This document shows, in pieces, positions 27,354 to 36,386 of a stretch of 64,000 nucleotides of DNA. How positions within the stretch are numbered: the stretch's first letter is position 1; the number at the start of each line of letters is the position of its first letter. The notes below the pieces were generated by a model. That model made no database searches and was not told the origin of the DNA. It was given only the letters and a program-made list of their open reading frames with translations. The stretch is from Longimicrobiales bacterium (GTDB lineage: Bacteria > Gemmatimonadota > Gemmatimonadetes > Longimicrobiales > Gaopeijiaceae). A program made the translations under genes and the position numbers. The DNA is taken from NCBI GenBank assembly GCA_965248195.1, contig CBDFIQ010000002.1, positions 1,696,001 to 1,760,000 of the forward strand, written 5' to 3'.

Positions 27354-27390
27354 GACGGCCACCCCCATCGTTCGGAGGTGGCCGTTTTCT
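27354..27390 (+). terminator. Terminator after katG
   Basis: ACGGCCACC...GGTGGCCGT stem followed by TTTT. Confidence 0.75.
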
Positions 27391-27560
27391 CGTTCGGGTT
27401 TTGTATCTTTTTTGTATCAAAGCGCATAGCGGCTGCGACTGTAGCGTCGCCGGAGTAGGAGATGGGCGTGCGAGGACCTGATCCCCTCTGAAGCCCGTCT
27501 ACTGGAGTTGCAACAGAATATCGTCTCGCAGGTCTCCCAGCTCGATCCGCTCATCAGGGG

Positions 27561-27908
27561 TCACCTTCCGCGACGCAAGCGAATGGGCCCGAGCACGCCC
27601 CACCACCCGGGGACGAGCTGGAGAGCAGCCTCGATATGCTTTGGACCAACAACAAGGGTGACGCGGTCCAACACACGACTATACGTCGCAGCCTGGGAGG
27701 CCAACCGAGTCAACCGGTCCCGATTCGACTTGATCTCGTAGCCATGAAGAACACCGCTCACTGTCGCCAAGTCGATCCGAGCCTGGCCTTGGCAGAGCCC
27801 CAGTTCCTCGATCAATAGCGTGTCCGGGTGTGCCAACTCCTGTTGCTCCAGATACGTCCGAAGCGCCGGTCGCACCTCCGCATCTCGGATCACGTTGTGA
27901 GATGTCAA
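27561..27908 (-). pseudogene. Truncated sce7726-like PD-(D/E)XK-fold protein
   Basis: IEELGL.QG.ARIDLA.V.G.LHGYEIKS..D.L.RL..Q..TYSRV...VP.WWG; resemblance stops abruptly after WWGVL. Confidence 0.7.
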
Positions 27909-27926
27909 TTCAGCACGGGAGAAAAG

Positions 27927-28006
27927 ATGACCACCGGCCAGAAGGCAAGATAGCGCGTCGCAAGCTGAGTCTGCTACCGCTGGCCCAGGAGTTCGGCAAC
28001 GTAAAC
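27927..28006 (+). pseudogene. Short N-terminal remnant of an IS481-family-like transposase
   Basis: MTT..K then, after a frameshift, KIARRKLSLLPLAQEFGNV. Confidence 0.55.
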
Positions 28007-28329
28007 ACGGCGGATGTGGACGCCCCCCTGGTTGGCAAGTTTGACGTCAAATCGAGGTCGGTGGCGTTCAGGTCAGGTACTGTCGTATGTGCGACATCTT
28101 GATGCGACACTTCTGGCCGCGGGCCCGTATGGTGTTTGTGAGATCGGATCCAAATGGTGCCAGCGGAACTCGGCGGCCCTTCGCCTTGCACGGGTTTCCC
28201 GACCCGTCTTGTCGCCCGCGGGCCCTACCTTGTCCGACATCTGCACTATTCAGTGGGAACCTCCGTGGCTGGTGCACGCCATCGCGCGGAAGCCATGCTG
28301 AATCATCCGTTCCGGGGGGTTGTCCAAGG

Positions 28330-28701
28330 CACGTAGTGCGGACGGCCGACCGCGCGACCGGACTCGGGCCCGAACGCCTCTCCGTCCTCGCATACGCCGG
28401 GCCCAATACGGTGAGCGAGTTCACCAATGCGGAGATGGTCTCCTGCCCGGCAATCTCGCGTATCGTGAAGGCGCTGGAAGAACTGGGTCTGGTCGACCGC
28501 AACCGCGGCGCGTCCGACCACCGACAGGTCATCGTGCGCGCCACCGCGAAGGGACGCAAGGTGATGGAGGCTGGTCGACGCCGGTGCGTGGAACGGATTG
28601 CCGAAGAGCTGCGATCCCTGGACCGTCGCGCCCTCGACGCCTTGGACAAGGCCGCACGCGTCCTCGAATCGCTCGAGACGAAGCTGCCCGTCGTACGCTG
28701 A
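28330..28701 (+). pseudogene. MarR-family regulator, 5'-truncated or degenerate
   Basis: TVSEF..AE.VS.PAISRIVKALEELGLV.R....D.RQVIVRAT.KG winged-helix pattern; the upstream part of ORF 28087 does not look protein-like. Confidence 0.7.
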
Positions 28702-28749
28702 TTCCGTCCTTGATGCCAAGGAGCCGGGCTTGCAAAATACGTAACCAAA

Positions 28750-28838
28750 ATGGGTACTGATTCCCATGGGCATAGGCCGGCCGTAGAGGCGACGGATGTC
28801 TTCCGTGCATTGGCCGATGCGCCGCGCCGCATCATCCT
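28750..28838 (+). pseudogene. ArsR-family HTH N-terminal fragment
   Basis: DVFRALADAPRRIIL, then abrupt loss of similarity. Confidence 0.6.
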
Positions 28839-28952
28839 CCACCAGCAGCCATAGATCGCCCCATCCGATATCTTGAGAGCCTCGATGTAGTCTGCCCGCC
28901 CGGCATCGGTCACCACCAGCGGAAACCACCCCGCGCGGAGCATCACCAGCGT
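28839..28952 (-). pseudogene. Fic-family protein internal fragment
   Basis: TLVMLRAGWFPLVVTDAGRADYIEAL resembles the segment that follows the Fic motif. Confidence 0.5.
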
Positions 28953-29113
28953 CCGACACGGGACCAGACACGACCCGGATTCCCGCTATTTGATGCGGTT
29001 TTCCCGCTATTTCAGTACGGCGGAACCAGATATGGTCTAACGGCAAGAACGGCAGATCGTGCAGTCCTAGTTGAACTTAGGCGATTTCTTGCCGTGAATC
29101 ACATCATCCGTAC

Positions 29114-29139
29114 CACGCCTGATAAGCGTGAGGTCGGTA
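29114..29139 (+). pseudogene. tRNA-Ile(GAU) anticodon-arm fragment
   Basis: CACGC-CTGATAA-GCGTG-AGGTCGGTA. Confidence 0.8.
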
Positions 29140-29282
29140 ATCGGATCTTCACCCCGCCGTGTTGTGAGTCTTGTTGTGAGTCTCATGCTACTTTGCACCC
29201 GGATCGACCACCTAAGATACGACACCGATGCCCAAAACACCGCGTGAATACTACGCTTTGTCGTATCTGCCTAGGTTCTGAT

Positions 29283-29332
29283 CCTGAATGGGGTTCAGGG
29301 GGTCGCTCCGGGTCGAATCCAGTCGGTCCGAC
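29283..29332 (+). pseudogene. Degenerate 3' half of tRNA-Pro(GGG)
   Basis: CCTGA-ATGGGGT-TCAGG anticodon arm, GGGTC variable loop, damaged T-arm GGTCGAATCC and CGGTCCGAC end. Confidence 0.72.
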
Positions 29333-29380
29333 TTCGGCAATCGAGGGGTCGGTGATCCATGGCCGGTTCTCGATCGCGTG

Positions 29381-29523
29381 TCCTGTCGGTTGTCCTGTCG
29401 ATTGAACCCTGCAGATCACGACATCCAAGAATCGCGAAAGCGGCAAATCGCGCGATCCATCTAGGTTTTTCCGTCATCCTGCCGTGATTCCGACCCCTAC
29501 TCAGGCGCCTGATAAGCGTGAGG
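29381..29523 (+). repeat. 143-bp direct repeat, copy 2, followed by a 5S 3'-end copy (29525-29538)
   Basis: Matches 22243-22385, then continues CTCGCCGCCAGCACA. Confidence 0.92.
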
Positions 29524-29720
29524 CTCGCCGCCAGCACACCCTTGGGCTCACTAGGTCTAGTGCTGCTGGATGTTGGCGGCGCGGTCTGAAGGGGTGCGAT
29601 GTACGCGAACAGCTTCAAGCTCGCCAATGGCGGTCTCGAAACTGGCCTGAGAGTTGCAATCAAGAATCTCCCGCCTTGGAACTGGCTTCCCGCCGCCCTT
29701 GTCCCCCCCAACACGCCGAC

Positions 29721-29816
29721 GTGAAGAGGGGCTCACGGTCCCGCGCAGGGCAGTCTGCCGCCGCAGGCGGTAGAGCGAAGCGCTGACCGGAGCGGGACCG
29801 TGAGCCCCTCTTCCAC
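29721..29816. repeat. Long palindromic REP/MITE-like element upstream of era
   Basis: Perfect 22-bp IR (29723-29744 / 29792-29813) enclosing a smaller hairpin, TCTGCCGCC-GCA-GGCGGTAGA. Confidence 0.8.
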
Positions 29817-29868
29817 CCGCAGAGAGCCCTCGATTGCCCCAAACTCCCGGTCAGTGTGATCTTTCTCC

Positions 29869-30810
29869 ATGAGTCTCGATTTGCCCCTCCCGGCCCCGGA
29901 CACGCCCACCCGTGCCGGGTATGTGACGCTACTTGGCCGTCCCAATTCGGGCAAATCCACGCTCATGAACCGCTTGATCGGACAGAAGCTCAGCATCGTC
30001 ACGGCCAAGGCTCAGACAACTTGGCAGCGCGTGACGGGTATCCACACTACCGATCGCGTTCAGGCTGTTTTCTTGGACACACCAGGCCTTCTCTTGGCAA
30101 AGGATCTTTTCCAACAATCCATGCTCGATGAGGCGTTGGAGGCGGTGCGGGAGGGAGACGTCATCTTACTTCTCGTGGACGCTACCGATCCGCTCCATGA
30201 AGCGGAAAAGACGGCCATACGTGAGGCTCTTTCACTGTCGACTTCTCACTTGATCGTCGTGATCAACAAGATCGATCGGGCCACACCTGAGGAAGTCGCC
30301 ACGATTTCCCAATGGGCCAAGTCCGAGCTCCAGGGCGACCCGGTCGGGGTGTCAGCGCTTCACGGTGACGGAGTGGAGGCGCTGTGGTCGGAGATCGAAA
30401 AAGTGTTACCCGAAGGATCGTTCCTCTACCCGCCGGACGACATCGCGGCCGCGCCGGTCCGATTTTTCGTGGGGGAGTTCATCCGGGAGACCGTCTTCGA
30501 ACAATTCCGCGAGGAGGTCCCGTACTCGGTTTTTGCCGCGGTTGACGAGTTTCGTGAGGATCAGGACCCCGTCTATATCAAGGCGAATCTCTTCGTGGAG
30601 AGGAACTCGCAGAAGGGAATTCTGGTCGGGGACCGGGGGACTGCGATCCGTGAGTTGGGCCGCTTGTCTCGCGAGAAGATCGAGGAGTTCATTGGGCGAC
30701 GCGTCTACCTCGAACTCCGAGTCAAGCTACGCCCGAAGTGGCGACGTAGGAAAAAGGACCTCGGTCGGTTCGGCTTTCGAGTGCCCGTCGGATACGCTGG
30801 CCATGACTAG
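29869..30810 (+). CDS. era: GTPase Era
   Basis: GRPNSGKST, QTT, DTPG, NKID and a KH domain (EEVPYS, SQKGILVG..G). Confidence 0.97.
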   Translation: MSLDLPLPAPDTPTRAGYVTLLGRPNSGKSTLMNRLIGQKLSIVTAKAQTTWQRVTGIHTTDRVQAVFLDTPGLLLAKDLFQQSMLDEALEAVREGDVILLLVDATDPLHEAEKTAIREALSLSTSHLIVVINKIDRATPEEVATISQWAKSELQGDPVGVSALHGDGVEALWSEIEKVLPEGSFLYPPDDIAAAPVRFFVGEFIRETVFEQFREEVPYSVFAAVDEFREDQDPVYIKANLFVERNSQKGILVGDRGTAIRELGRLSREKIEEFIGRRVYLELRVKLRPKWRRRKKDLGRFGFRVPVGYAGHD

Positions 30811-31795
30811 AACAACGCAGATTTTGCTTGTCATCCTGCAGGGGCTGGTCGCGTCGGGCCACGTCGTAGGCCAAGACATCCCCCCGGATCCATCCCCTCC
30901 CGAAGGAGCGCTTTTTCTGCTGTTGCCCGTGGGAGCGGAGGGTGTATCCCTAGGGCGCGCCATGACCGCGGTCACCAGCCCGGAGGCAGCGTTCTGGAAT
31001 CCGGCTGGACTGGCGAGTCTTTCCCAGAGCGAGTTCCTGGTCATGAGAGGAGACCCGCTCGCGGGCGTGTCGACGGCGATTTCCTGGCTGATGGTAGGGC
31101 AGCCGCTCGGCACACTGGGTCTCTCGTACCATCTGCTCGATGGGGGTGAACAGAATCTCGTAGACGATCAGCAAAATGTCCGTGGTACGATCAGCATCCG
31201 GAGTCAGGTCGGTGTCGTCTCTGCAGCGACATCGCTGGCGCGCTGGCTCGATGTTGGTTTGAACATGAAGATTGTGCGGTTCGATCTCGACTGTCGTGGG
31301 CAATGCGACGACGCCGGCGTTCAGTCCAGCGGTTGGTCCGGGGACGTCGGGTTCCAATTAGAGCCCCTGGCGGGTGTACCGCTCCGACTCGGCGCTATGG
31401 TGGCGCACTTCGGCCCGAGGTTTCAAGTCGTCAACGCCGCCCAGGCCGACCCGCTTCCCACGAGAGTAAGGCTTTCTGCGGCCTACGAGGTTCTGCGGCA
31501 CTTCGATCCTCCGGCAGACTTGGCTCTGTGGATACGGGTCGAGGTCGAGGATCGCTGGAGACGGCCCGGGGAATCTGGCTCCTTCTACGTGGCAACCGAG
31601 TTGGTAGCTGGCAGCAGCGACGTGATCTTCCTTCGGGCGAGTCACGCCAGGGAGGAAATCAAAGAATCTGACGAAAATGCGTTCGGCCTCGGATTACGAT
31701 ACGAGCGTTTCGAAATCGCGCTAGCGAGAAGTTTCACGTCTTCGATTTTGGAGGGAAGTGAACCGGTGTACGTGTCCTTTGGCATCCGGTTTTAG
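30803..31795 (+). CDS. PorV/PorQ-like (UPF0164-like) outer-membrane beta-barrel protein
   Basis: GALFLLLPVGA....LG.A......A.FWNPAGLA signature; ends in VSFGIRF. Confidence 0.8.
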   Translation: MTRTTQILLVILQGLVASGHVVGQDIPPDPSPPEGALFLLLPVGAEGVSLGRAMTAVTSPEAAFWNPAGLASLSQSEFLVMRGDPLAGVSTAISWLMVGQPLGTLGLSYHLLDGGEQNLVDDQQNVRGTISIRSQVGVVSAATSLARWLDVGLNMKIVRFDLDCRGQCDDAGVQSSGWSGDVGFQLEPLAGVPLRLGAMVAHFGPRFQVVNAAQADPLPTRVRLSAAYEVLRHFDPPADLALWIRVEVEDRWRRPGESGSFYVATELVAGSSDVIFLRASHAREEIKESDENAFGLGLRYERFEIALARSFTSSILEGSEPVYVSFGIRF

Positions 31796-32708
31796 AAGGC
31801 TGTTGAAGGAGTACAGCGGGTCGCGGGCGTCCCTTGTCCGGGCGAGCCTGATCGCCGTGGGCTCGGTGCCGGGATGGGGTGCTGGAGGCGCCTCCGCCCA
31901 AGTGCTCGATCCGTGCCCGGTGCTGGCCGAACCATTTTTTCAAGTGCTCCCCGCGCGAACCTCATGCCCCTTGGCAGCGGGCCACCAGGACGCAGACGAG
32001 CGGCCCGCGCTGGGCCCCGGCCGGGCATTCCTCTACTCCGCGCTTCTTCCCGGGCTCGGACAGCGCAAGCTGGGCAAAGGTCGCTGGCTTGCCTACCTGG
32101 CGGTCGAAGGGGCAGCCTGGATCGCGTTTGGCCGCGCACGCTGGTCCGCAACGGACGAGAGAGGCCAATACCAGGATCTCGCCTGGGACGTCGCGCGTTC
32201 GTTCAACGGCCCCAGGGTCGACGGGAATTTCCGCTATTACGAAACGATGGAAAACTTTCTCGCCTCCGGTGCTTTCGACACCGATTCCGTCGCGCCCGGC
32301 ATCCAGCCGGAAGTGGACCTATCCACCTTCAACGGGCGGACGTGGTCCTTGGCCACCGAGATCCATTTTCCGGCCGGTGCGAATCCCGGTCCCGGAGACC
32401 CGGAATACGAGGCCGCGTTGGTGGACTACCGAGCGCGCGCTTACGACGAGCGCTTCGAATGGTCCTGGGCCGGACAGTCGGCGGCTTGGACGGATTACAT
32501 GGACCTGATCGACTCGAGCGATGGATCCTTCAGACGCGCATCACAGTTTCTGGGCGTGGTCATCGCCAACCATCTCCTAAGCGGCGTCGATGCCTTCGTG
32601 ACCGCACGGATACAGGACTCGGGCCGGGACCAGGCCGAGGCCCAGATCCGTCTGGTACCCCGGGACGATAGGAAGGGGCTCGGGCTCGTCCTTCAGGTAA
32701 GGCATTGA
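31758..32708 (+). CDS. Hypothetical membrane/secreted protein (DUF5683-like motif); start uncertain
   Basis: AFLYSALLPGLGQ...YLAVE and NHLLSGVDAFV motifs. Confidence 0.65.
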   Translation: MNRCTCPLASGFRRLLKEYSGSRASLVRASLIAVGSVPGWGAGGASAQVLDPCPVLAEPFFQVLPARTSCPLAAGHQDADERPALGPGRAFLYSALLPGLGQRKLGKGRWLAYLAVEGAAWIAFGRARWSATDERGQYQDLAWDVARSFNGPRVDGNFRYYETMENFLASGAFDTDSVAPGIQPEVDLSTFNGRTWSLATEIHFPAGANPGPGDPEYEAALVDYRARAYDERFEWSWAGQSAAWTDYMDLIDSSDGSFRRASQFLGVVIANHLLSGVDAFVTARIQDSGRDQAEAQIRLVPRDDRKGLGLVLQVRH

Positions 32709-34675
32709 AGATCAAGCTCGTGGTAGGCCGGGTTGCGGTTACCCGAAAGGGTGATGGCTTCGTTGCGCCGGACCAGGGTGGGCAGGACATCTTCGTGCCC
32801 GGCCTCTCCCTGGAGTCGGCGATGGACGGCGACCAGGTGGCGGTTCGTGTGGAGGGGCACGCGCGCGGCCGCAGCCCCGTGGGCCGCGTGGTCAAGGTTC
32901 TGGACCGTGCGCACGAAACCGTAGTGGGCACCTTTCGCCGGTCCCGCTCCTTCGGGGTCGTGCACCCCCGGAATCGTCGAATATCTCGTGAGATCTTGGT
33001 GGCCCAAGGGGACGAGGCGACCGCTGGGGAGGGTGACGTCGTGGTCGCCCGCATTATGTCGTTCGGGAGTGGCAAGATGGGGCCCATGGGCCGCATCGAG
33101 ACGGTACTGGGGAAATCGGGGGAGCCTGGCGTCGACGTCCTGTCCGTGATCCACGACCACGGGTTGTTGTTGGCGTTTCCCGACAGCGTGGTTTCGGCGG
33201 CCCGTGAAGCGGTGGCCCACCGGCGGAAAAAGCCGGGAGATCATCGCACAGACCGGCGGGACCTCCACGTATTTACCATCGACCCGGCGGACGCCAAGGA
33301 CCACGATGACGGGCTCTCCCTCCGGTCTCTCGAAGACGAGTCCTGGGAGGTCGGCATTCATATCGCCGACGTCTCCCACTTCGTCCGCCCCGGCGATGAG
33401 GTAGACCTGGAGGCCTTCAAGCGAGGCACTAGCGTCTACCTCGTGGATCGGGTCATCCCGATGCTCCCCCACGAGCTGTCGACCGACGCCTGCTCATTGC
33501 TCCCCCACACAGATCGGTTTGCGGTGTCGGTCTTCGCCGTGGTGGACTCGGCGGGCCGCATCCGAGATGCCCGTTTCGAGCGTACAGAGATCCGAAGCCG
33601 GCATAAGCTGAGCTACGAAGAGGCGCAGGCCGTCCTGGACAGGAAAAAAACGATCGACCCGGAGACGGATGAGGCGCTGCACGCCTTGGCGGCGCTTGCC
33701 GAAACCCTGCGTGAGAGACGCAAGGATCGGGGCTCGCTGGATTTCGATCTTCCCGAGGCCCGTGTGCTCCTGGGTAAACAGGGGAAGCCGCTAGCGATCC
33801 GCCAGATCGAGAGACTGGAGAGCCACCGCCTGGTCGAGGCCTTCATGCTGCTCGCCAATGAAATCGTAGCACGGGAGGCCGAACGAAAAGGTCTGCCCAT
33901 CCTCTACCGGGTGCATGAGCCTCCTCCGATGGACAAGATGCGGGAGCTGCGGACCCTTCTGGGCCGCCTCGGCCATCGCGTCTCCAAGGGGAAGATCCCG
34001 CAAACAGCCCTACAAGCGGTGCTCAAGCAGGTCGAGGGTCGGCCAGAAGAAAAACTCGTCTCGACGGTGATCCTCCGGTCGATGAGCCGGGCTCGGTACA
34101 ACGTAAAAAACCTCGGCCACTATGGCCTCGCGTCGGACTGGTACACACATTTCACGTCGCCCATTCGGCGGTATCCGGATCTCTGGCTGCACCGGGTTCT
34201 CACGCACACCCTCGTCGAGGGTCGCGCCCCTCCGGAAGACTGGAAGGGCCAGGGTCTCAAGGAAAAAGCCGAGCGGTGCAGCGTACGCGAAAGAGTAGCT
34301 GAGGCCGCCGAAAGAGAGAGTGTAGACCTGAAAAAGGTCGAATACATGGAACGGCACCTCGGGGACGAATTTTTCGGCACCGTTTCCGGCGTCACTTCCT
34401 TTGGGATTTTCGTTCTCCTCGACGACGTCTTCGTGGAGGGGCTGGTCCATGTGAACAGCATGACCGACGACTATTACGTTTTCCGGCAGGATCGTTACCT
34501 GTTGGTAGGAGAGCGCTCCCACCGTACCTTTCGTCTTGGGGACCCTCTGGAAATCCGGGTGGCCCGCGTCGATAAAGAGGAACGTGTTATCGACTTCGTG
34601 ATTGTAGATTCTGAAAAGGCGTCGAAACGGACGAAAAAGGTGTCGAGAAAAGCGAAGTCGAAAAAGGCGAAGTAG
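32705..34675 (+). CDS. rnr: Ribonuclease R
   Basis: TIDPADAKDHDD, HIADVSHFV, HFTSPIRRYPD, S1 domain and Lys-rich tail. Confidence 0.96.
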   Translation: MKIKLVVGRVAVTRKGDGFVAPDQGGQDIFVPGLSLESAMDGDQVAVRVEGHARGRSPVGRVVKVLDRAHETVVGTFRRSRSFGVVHPRNRRISREILVAQGDEATAGEGDVVVARIMSFGSGKMGPMGRIETVLGKSGEPGVDVLSVIHDHGLLLAFPDSVVSAAREAVAHRRKKPGDHRTDRRDLHVFTIDPADAKDHDDGLSLRSLEDESWEVGIHIADVSHFVRPGDEVDLEAFKRGTSVYLVDRVIPMLPHELSTDACSLLPHTDRFAVSVFAVVDSAGRIRDARFERTEIRSRHKLSYEEAQAVLDRKKTIDPETDEALHALAALAETLRERRKDRGSLDFDLPEARVLLGKQGKPLAIRQIERLESHRLVEAFMLLANEIVAREAERKGLPILYRVHEPPPMDKMRELRTLLGRLGHRVSKGKIPQTALQAVLKQVEGRPEEKLVSTVILRSMSRARYNVKNLGHYGLASDWYTHFTSPIRRYPDLWLHRVLTHTLVEGRAPPEDWKGQGLKEKAERCSVRERVAEAAERESVDLKKVEYMERHLGDEFFGTVSGVTSFGIFVLLDDVFVEGLVHVNSMTDDYYVFRQDRYLLVGERSHRTFRLGDPLEIRVARVDKEERVIDFVIVDSEKASKRTKKVSRKAKSKKAK

Positions 34676-34704
34676 AACTCCCATCTCCCTAATCGCAAGG
34701 TGGC

Positions 34705-35640
34705 ATGTCCCCAGGGCCGATCGTGTACAAGGGCTCGTGGCCCGGAAAGTGGTCGGATCTGCTTTCCCGGTTCTGCGATCGACATCACCTTCAAGTCGAG
34801 ACGGCGGGCGAACTCGAGGACGTCCACGCCTTCGTAAACCGTTCGTTCCCGTCTTGTCTGGTGTTGGAGGGTGCGAGCGATACGGCGGAGGCGCTTACCC
34901 TCTGCTCCGATCTGAAGAAGGACCCGTTCACCGCCGTGGTACCGATCGTCGTGCTCGTTCTAGCCGACCAAACGGACCTGATCTCAGACTGGCTGGCCGC
35001 CGGAGCCGACGAGGTCGTCTCCGAAACCCACTCCGAACGGGAACAAGATCTACGCCTCGAGCTCGTGATTCGGCGCGCTCAACGCGATGTAGCCGTGCAC
35101 CCAACGACCCGGCTTCCGGGAACCGTCCAGATCGAGCGGAATATCGGAGACCGTCTCCGGTACGGGGAGGAATTCGCGGTGTGTTATGCGGATCTGGACA
35201 ACTTCAAGGAGTTCAACGATCGGTACGGGTATAACCACGGAGATCATGTGATCCTGCTGCTGTCGCGGATCCTCAGGGATGTGGTCCGCGGGCTTGCTCA
35301 GGAGGGATTCGTGGGGCATATCGGGGGCGATGACTTTATCTTCATCGTCAACATGAAGTATCTTGAAGCATGTTGTGACGAGATCATCTATCTGTTCGAT
35401 GAACTCATTCCGTATCAATACACTGTGGAGGACCGTCGCGCCGGCTATTTTCTGGGGAAGGACCGCCGGGGCAGCATAAGACGAGTCCCGTTGATGACTC
35501 TTTCGATCGGCGTCGTCACGAACCAGATACAGCCGTTTACGCACACGGCCCAAGTGAGTGAGTACACGAAATCCCTTCCCGGCTCGGTCTACGCAGTCGA
35601 CCGTAGACGGCCATTCAAAGAAGAAGTCGAGCAACCATGA
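34705..35640 (+). CDS. Receiver-like + GGDEF domain protein
   Basis: HPTTRLPG, YADLDNFKEFNDRYGY..GD and GHIGGDDF. Confidence 0.9.
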   Translation: MSPGPIVYKGSWPGKWSDLLSRFCDRHHLQVETAGELEDVHAFVNRSFPSCLVLEGASDTAEALTLCSDLKKDPFTAVVPIVVLVLADQTDLISDWLAAGADEVVSETHSEREQDLRLELVIRRAQRDVAVHPTTRLPGTVQIERNIGDRLRYGEEFAVCYADLDNFKEFNDRYGYNHGDHVILLLSRILRDVVRGLAQEGFVGHIGGDDFIFIVNMKYLEACCDEIIYLFDELIPYQYTVEDRRAGYFLGKDRRGSIRRVPLMTLSIGVVTNQIQPFTHTAQVSEYTKSLPGSVYAVDRRRPFKEEVEQP

Positions 35641-36248
35641 CCACTACGGTTTCTTGTCCGGCCTGTAGTACGTCTTTTCCGATCGACCCGGCCAAGGTCC
35701 CGCTGGGGGGTGTGCGTGCGCAGTGCAGTGTCTGTCCCGAGATCTTCAACGTCGATGCCCCGAGTGAGGCGGCTCCCGAAGCTGCACCGGCTCTCGAGGT
35801 GGTGGCCGACACCATGCCAACAGCGGATCCCCTGGAAACTGGCATGGTGGATCTTCCTCCGATCGAAGGGGCATCGGCAGTGGCCGATGCGACGGCAGAG
35901 GCTGTGTCGATCGACACGGGGCCAAGCAATACCGATGACTCGGCGGCGGCGGTCGTCGAAGCGGAAAGTCCAGGTCCCATTCGGTTCGGTCGACGTACCC
36001 CCGCGGACAAAGCGAAGAGCTTGGCGAGAAGCCTGGTGTCGGATCTGATCGCCTATAATCCCGAAAAGCACAAAGAGGCCCTCGCGGGTGGAACCCTACC
36101 AGAGGTCTTCGGCGACGAGATAGAGAAGTCCCTGAAGGAATATCAGCAGCAGGTAGAACCTGACGTGATGGCCGAGGGCTCATTTTTCAACGATGCCCTC
36201 AACTCGATCCTGGCCGAGGGACAAACCGTCTTCAACCTCGACAACTAA
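35637..36248 (+). CDS. Zinc-ribbon (MJ0042-like finger) domain protein
   Basis: CPACSTSF.ID..KVP.GG...QCSVC..IF; acidic linker; C-terminal AKSLARSLVSDLIAY domain. Confidence 0.8.
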   Translation: MTTTVSCPACSTSFPIDPAKVPLGGVRAQCSVCPEIFNVDAPSEAAPEAAPALEVVADTMPTADPLETGMVDLPPIEGASAVADATAEAVSIDTGPSNTDDSAAAVVEAESPGPIRFGRRTPADKAKSLARSLVSDLIAYNPEKHKEALAGGTLPEVFGDEIEKSLKEYQQQVEPDVMAEGSFFNDALNSILAEGQTVFNLDN

Positions 36249-36386
36249 CAGGCCTGTTGAAGAAGTGGGGTGCGACCGTGCGAGCCGGTTGATGCCCCTT
36301 TCGGGCTGGAATATATTACCAGCAGTCGAGGGGTCGTCCTTGTGGGCGGCCCCTTCTTACGTTGCACAGAGGACGAAAGAGACCCC

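Noticed and set aside
28952..29540. CRISPR array or integron attC array
   Set aside because: Repeats are not identical or regularly spaced, there are no cas or intI genes, and the cores are tRNA-derived.
29721..29816. SRP RNA or 6S RNA
   Set aside because: Lacks the SRP domain IV motif and is too short and too perfectly paired for 6S.
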